NCBI GenBank assembly: GCA_045640845.1
Contig: JAZUFV010000079.1
Location: forward strand, 1 to 56,353
DNA length: 56,353 nt
Direction of reading: 5' to 3'
Origin: Lachnospiraceae bacterium
GTDB lineage: Bacteria > Bacillota > Clostridia > Lachnospirales > Lachnospiraceae
The position numbers and the translations under genes are program-made. The notes under the pieces are model-generated. The model ran no database searches. It saw only the letters and a list, made by a program, of their open reading frames with translations, and was not told where the DNA came from. Below are positions 52,842 to 56,353 of this stretch, one piece after another; position 1 is the first letter of the stretch, and the number at the start of each line of letters is the position of its first letter.

Positions 52842-55340
52842 ATGAATACTTGTTCTTTAAAAGCCGGTGCGGGCAGCGCACCTATTGTTTTTCCGGGAAA
52901 AATGTTTCCTACTGACCGTCTGAACGGTGTACATGCCGATCCGTATGCCAGAATGTTTGTTTTTGATGCCGGAAAACGAGTGGCACTGGTTTCTCTGGAA
53001 ATGGTAAATGTTCCGGAAATACTGGTAAATGAAAGCAGAAAGATAATTGAGGAGGCCACAGGCACTCCTTTTGATAATATCTGGATACATGTTACACACG
53101 CAATCACCACGCCTCATGGTCCGGGAGGCCCGAATGCAGGGATGAAAGAGCCTCCGCTTGGCGTGCAGCCGCAGGGTCCGGGGGGAAATAAAGATCCGGA
53201 AGCTCCGCTGAAGTATGAACTTTTCAGCGAAGCACTTCTTAAGGCTGTTTCAGAAGCGGCAGCTAAGGCGGCTAAGCTTGAAGACGCGAGATTCGGTGTT
53301 GTCAAAGGCTCTACGAACGTAAATGTAAACCGCGATGTCAAGACGCCTTTCGGCTGGTGGGTAAAGCAGAATCCGGAAGGTTATTCAAATAAGGAAATGA
53401 TCGTCATTAAGGTTGAAAACCTTGAAGGCAAACTGATTGGTCTGCTTACAGGGGCCGATCTTAAGCCGAGCTGCATCGATCAGGCCGGAAGAGGTGACGG
53501 CAGTGCTGTTATTGACCCTGACGTTCCGGGCTATGCATGCAAAAAAGTTGAAGATGCAAACGGCGCTCCGTGCATGTTCTTTATGGGCGCTGCGGGCGAT
53601 CAGGTTCCGAGAGAACAAGCCATGTACGAAGATGTTGACGCTGAAGGAAACGCTTTTTTAGTTGACCTTGGAGTTGAAAAAGGCTTTGAGCTTACAGCTA
53701 AGCTTGGCGACGAAATGGCCGCAGACATTGAAAGGGCTGCATCTCAGATAAGCTGCGGCAGAACCGAAGCTGCTGTTGATATCATTGCCGGCTCAGTTCT
53801 TGCAAAGAAGTGCAAAGATCCGGGAAGGGTAAAAGGCCCGGTACTTGAAAGAAAGTTTGAAGAAGACGGCATAACCGAGATTTCTTCTGATGTTATCTGT
53901 ATCGCCGAAGATATTGCGTTTGCGGCAGTAAAGCCTGAAATTAATTCCATCACGGGCAAGCAGCTTAAAGACGCATCACCTTTTGAAAACACAATGGTGA
54001 TGGCCATGGTGAACGGCGGGATGAAGTATATGCCTGATGAAGGTGCATATGAAAACATCACATGGGAAACCGGCAGAACCGGATTTATGCCGGGAACAGC
54101 TGAAAAATGGGTGGCCGGAACCGCACAGCTTTTTGAGCAGCTTAAAGGCAAAGATGTTCCGCAGATCACGGCATTTTCAAAGCCTTTCCCGGATGGCGAG
54201 AGGATAATAAGGGCCGAGATAACTCCGGCACCTGAAAATATTGATGAGGTCTGCGTTGTTGGAAGAACCATCACCGGACGCAGCGTGGTTGACGGAAAAC
54301 TTGTTCTTACACTTTCTCCTGATGATGATGACGCAAAGGTAATTCCGTCTATGAAGGGAGGTCCGGGAGGTCCAGGAGGTCCCGGTGGCCCCGGTGGCCC
54401 CGGTGGTCCCGGTGGCCCCGGAGGTCCCGGTGGTCCCGGTGCAAAAAGAATGGGCCCGCCACGCGGAGGAAAGGTTCCTAATCCTGTAAAAGTGGAAGTT
54501 AAGCTTCCGGGATTTTCCGCACCTGTAGTTTCAGATAAGGCGGACCGCGGCGTTATAGACAAGTTTGTTCCGGGCAGATGGAAGGGTGTTCTTTATAATG
54601 TATTTACGCCTGAAAACATGGATCCGGATAAGAAATATCCGCTTGTTGTTTTCATCCCGGATGCAAGCCCTAACGGCAATTATGCAGAGCTTGCACTTTC
54701 CCAGGGAATCGGCGCAACATGCTGGGCAGAACCTTCCGAGCAGGCAAAGCACCCTTGCTATATCCTTGCATTCCAGGTTCCTGCGGGCATCATGATGACA
54801 ACCGATGCATATACCGTTGCTCCTGAATTTGAAGACTTTGTTGAATATATCAACAAGTTTATTGATGAGCACAACATTGATGAGGACCGCGTTTATACAA
54901 CGGGTCAGTCTCAGGGCTGCATGTCGTCGATGGAGTTTGTCTTCCGTTATCCTGAAAAGTTTGCTGCAGCCATGCCTGTTGCAGGTCACTGGAATATTGA
55001 AAAGATGCTCTCAAGAACAGACAGGAAGCTCCTCTTCGGTCTTTCAAGCGGAGCCAAAAAGGAATATGACAATTTCACAGCTCTGGTAGAAGGCTATAAA
55101 GCTGCCGGCGCTGACGTGCGCGAGGTTATCCTGAATTTCAGAGACGGCTTTGAGGTAAACGATGCAAAGGTACGCTCTGCAATAGAAGGCGGACAGATTG
55201 TTTATATCGAATTCTCCGGTGAGACCGCATTCCCTGAAGGAGTTGTTCCGGGCGGACCGGGCGCTCATCACAGCCGCGGCTGGGAGCTGACATATCAGCT
55301 TGAAAGTGCAAGGGACTGGCTGTTTGCACAGCACAGGTAA
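52842..55340 (+). CDS. Fusion protein (832 aa): neutral-ceramidase-like N-terminal domain, (GGP)9 linker, C-terminal alpha/beta-hydrolase (esterase) domain
   Basis: N-terminus: AGAGSAPIVFP...GVHADPYARMFVFDAGKRVALVSLEMV...IWIHVTHAITTPHGP (compare the ceramidase_alk pattern ...HTHSGP). The linker is a perfect GGPGGPGGP... run. C-terminus: PLVVFIPDAS..., nucleophile elbow TTGQSQGCM, and a late His (GAHHSRGW). No signal peptide. Confidence 0.75.
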   Translation: MNTCSLKAGAGSAPIVFPGKMFPTDRLNGVHADPYARMFVFDAGKRVALVSLEMVNVPEILVNESRKIIEEATGTPFDNIWIHVTHAITTPHGPGGPNAGMKEPPLGVQPQGPGGNKDPEAPLKYELFSEALLKAVSEAAAKAAKLEDARFGVVKGSTNVNVNRDVKTPFGWWVKQNPEGYSNKEMIVIKVENLEGKLIGLLTGADLKPSCIDQAGRGDGSAVIDPDVPGYACKKVEDANGAPCMFFMGAAGDQVPREQAMYEDVDAEGNAFLVDLGVEKGFELTAKLGDEMAADIERAASQISCGRTEAAVDIIAGSVLAKKCKDPGRVKGPVLERKFEEDGITEISSDVICIAEDIAFAAVKPEINSITGKQLKDASPFENTMVMAMVNGGMKYMPDEGAYENITWETGRTGFMPGTAEKWVAGTAQLFEQLKGKDVPQITAFSKPFPDGERIIRAEITPAPENIDEVCVVGRTITGRSVVDGKLVLTLSPDDDDAKVIPSMKGGPGGPGGPGGPGGPGGPGGPGGPGGPGAKRMGPPRGGKVPNPVKVEVKLPGFSAPVVSDKADRGVIDKFVPGRWKGVLYNVFTPENMDPDKKYPLVVFIPDASPNGNYAELALSQGIGATCWAEPSEQAKHPCYILAFQVPAGIMMTTDAYTVAPEFEDFVEYINKFIDEHNIDEDRVYTTGQSQGCMSSMEFVFRYPEKFAAAMPVAGHWNIEKMLSRTDRKLLFGLSSGAKKEYDNFTALVEGYKAAGADVREVILNFRDGFEVNDAKVRSAIEGGQIVYIEFSGETAFPEGVVPGGPGAHHSRGWELTYQLESARDWLFAQHR
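54357..54440 (+). repeat. In-frame 9-nt microsatellite-like repeat encoding (Gly-Gly-Pro)9-Gly
   Basis: gga ggt ccg / gga ggt cca / gga ggt ccc / ggt ggc ccc ... Synonymous codon variation among units. Confidence 0.95.
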
Positions 55341-55373
55341 TAAATACAGAAATTCAGATGACTCACAGATGAA

Positions 55374-55410
55374 AATACCCCTCGTCATTTGGCGGGGGGT
55401 ATTGGTTATA
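55374..55410 (+). terminator. Possible terminator after the fusion gene
   Basis: aatacccc-N13-ggggtatt followed by ggttat. The U-tract is weak. Confidence 0.3.
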
Positions 55411-55529
55411 GCGAGGTCGCTTCCAAATATTCTCAAAATCGGTGGAAAGTGGCGTATACTTATATTGATGACTGAAAAGACAAAACCGCGTTAATCTATG
55501 GTGAAATTAAAAAGAGAAGGAGACCAATC

Positions 55530-56111
55530 ATGAATTTTGATTCGGAAAACAAAGTACATCTTGAGCGCGTTGATGAGACTTACAAACATATGGATATGCT
55601 GGATGCCATAAGCAAAGAGGCATTCCCTCCTGCAGAACGTCCGAACATTCCTTATTATGCGGCTCATATGGACAAGCAGCTGCTCTATATTATGGCGATA
55701 GTTGACGGAGAAGTTCCGGTGGGATTTCTTATCTGGCTTGATCTGGGCGGAGGTTTTGTTTATCTGGCTTACTTTGCAATTGATGCTAAATACAGGAGCC
55801 ATAACTACGGCAGCAAGACAAATGCCCTTATTTTTAACGGTGTACTGAAAGATAAAGTTGTGCTGGGCGTAATTGAGGCACTCGATCCGGATGCTGAAAA
55901 TTACGAGCAGCGGGTGAGCAGAAAGAAGTTTTATGAGCGGAACGGATTCCACGTTCTGGATGAGATCGTGGATGTTCCTGCTGCCGGCAGATTCCAGATT
56001 GCTTATCATGGCCCGGAGACCCCTGTGGATGTCCTGAAAGAAAAAGTGGGAGACACCATGAGAATTGCGGGTGAGCTCTCAGCTGCATATAAAGAGATTA
56101 CATCAGAATAG
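55530..56111 (+). CDS. GNAT-family N-acetyltransferase
   Basis: YLAYFAIDAKYRSHNYGSK (acetyl-CoA pyrophosphate-binding motif region) and FYERNGF. RBS AGAAGGAGACCAATC-ATG. Confidence 0.8.
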   Translation: MNFDSENKVHLERVDETYKHMDMLDAISKEAFPPAERPNIPYYAAHMDKQLLYIMAIVDGEVPVGFLIWLDLGGGFVYLAYFAIDAKYRSHNYGSKTNALIFNGVLKDKVVLGVIEALDPDAENYEQRVSRKKFYERNGFHVLDEIVDVPAAGRFQIAYHGPETPVDVLKEKVGDTMRIAGELSAAYKEITSE

Positions 56112-56148
56112 TGTTTTCCTATATGAAATATACTTGCGGACTTCCCGC

Positions 56149-56236
56149 AAATTTGTGAAATCGTGCAAAAGTGAACATACCTCAACGTAAAATCAACGTT
56201 TTTCAAGGTTGTCATTTCACTTTTGCACGATTTTAA
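56149..56236. repeat. MITE/REP-like palindromic intergenic element, copy B (inverted relative to copy A)
   Basis: aaatttgtgaaat box, then the perfect 16-bp terminal inverted repeat atcgtgcaaaagtgaa / ttcacttttgcacgat around a core shared with the reverse complement of 10599-10673. Confidence 0.85.
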
Positions 56237-56309
56237 CTTTTTATGGTAAGGATGCGGCCTACTGTGCTATCATTAAAGTTACTGAAGATGTCCGGGAGAA
56301 AGGGACAAA

Positions 56310-56353
56310 ATGAAATCTATTGAAATCGGCAACATCAAAAAATTCACATCTGC
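56310..56353 (+). CDS. 5' end of an unidentified gene (runs off the window)
   Basis: ATG preceded by GGGAGAAAGGGACAAA. Only 14 codons are visible (MKSIEIGNIKKFTS). Confidence 0.3.
   Translation, partial: MKSIEIGNIKKFTS

Noticed and set aside
53744-54562. Collagen-like (PPG)n ORF on the minus strand
   Set aside because: It is the antisense reading of the (GGP)9 tract inside the well-supported 832-aa plus-strand gene. It has no RBS, and the rest of the ORF is low-complexity.
56151-56166. Catabolite-responsive element (cre) or CRP-like site in TGTGAAATCGTGCA
   Set aside because: The central CG is offset by 2 nt relative to the cre consensus TGWAANCGNTNWCA, and the two halves are not symmetric.
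1-56353. tRNA, rRNA and other classical RNA genes
   Set aside because: Intergenic regions are short. None shows cloverleaf-compatible arms or rRNA-like conserved blocks by eye. This should still be confirmed with tRNAscan-SE and Infernal.

Overview
This 56.4-kb chromosomal window looks like a Gram-positive anaerobe, probably a gut Clostridia-type Firmicute. That is an inference from three things: GGAGG-type ribosome-binding sites 6-10 nt upstream of most starts, an LPETG sortase substrate, and Listeria-Bacteroides-repeat surface proteins. I found no rRNA, tRNA, CRISPR array, integrase or transposase. The contents, from left to right, are as follows. (1) 1-5664 (-): an ABC importer operon carrying divergent NagB-like and DapA/NanA-like enzymes. 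(2) 5665-6246: a long non-coding leader containing a 118-bp tandem repeat built from nested palindromes. (3) 6935-10481 (-): an AprA/AprB-like flavoprotein-ferredoxin pair plus a hydrogenase-F-domain-like Fe-S protein. (4) 10716-13496: housekeeping-type singletons (DUF1294, NIF3, MBL hydrolase, SDR). (5) 13714-19781 (+): a LysR-associated organic-acid locus with a cupin, a DASS-type permease, a D-2-hydroxyacid dehydrogenase and an OYE/enoate-reductase-type flavoenzyme. (6) 19858-26205 (-): a 2115-aa surface protein. (7) About 26.2-29.6 kb: a visibly AT-rich four-gene islet of unknown function, made of a 354-aa orphan, a DUF4417-like protein, a basic 156-aa protein with a His...Cys arrangement, and an acidic 121-aa partner, bounded on the right by a nested inverted repeat. 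This islet is my best candidate for an undescribed toxin/immunity or defence-type cassette. (8) 29563-34878: accessory genes (YkvI-type permease, flavin reductase-rubredoxin, esterase, vWA protein), plus a ribbon-helix-helix gene absent from the ORF track and a macro-domain/HTH gene. (9) 34964-38152 (-): an LPETG-anchored subtilase/stalk protein. (10) 38392-41145 (-): an orphan cytoplasmic molybdopterin oxidoreductase. (11) 41431-44519 (+): a MacB/FtsX-type ABC pair. (12) 44506-55340: a membrane-sensor AraC regulator divergent from an Opp/Dpp-type transporter operon. That operon ends in an unusual ceramidase-like/(GGP)9/esterase fusion protein. (13) 55530-56111 (+): a GNAT acetyltransferase. 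A MITE/REP-like palindromic element occurs twice (about 10.6 kb and 56.2 kb, in opposite orientation), and an associated AAATTGTGAAAT box occurs four times. All functional calls come from motif recognition by eye, and no database search was possible.
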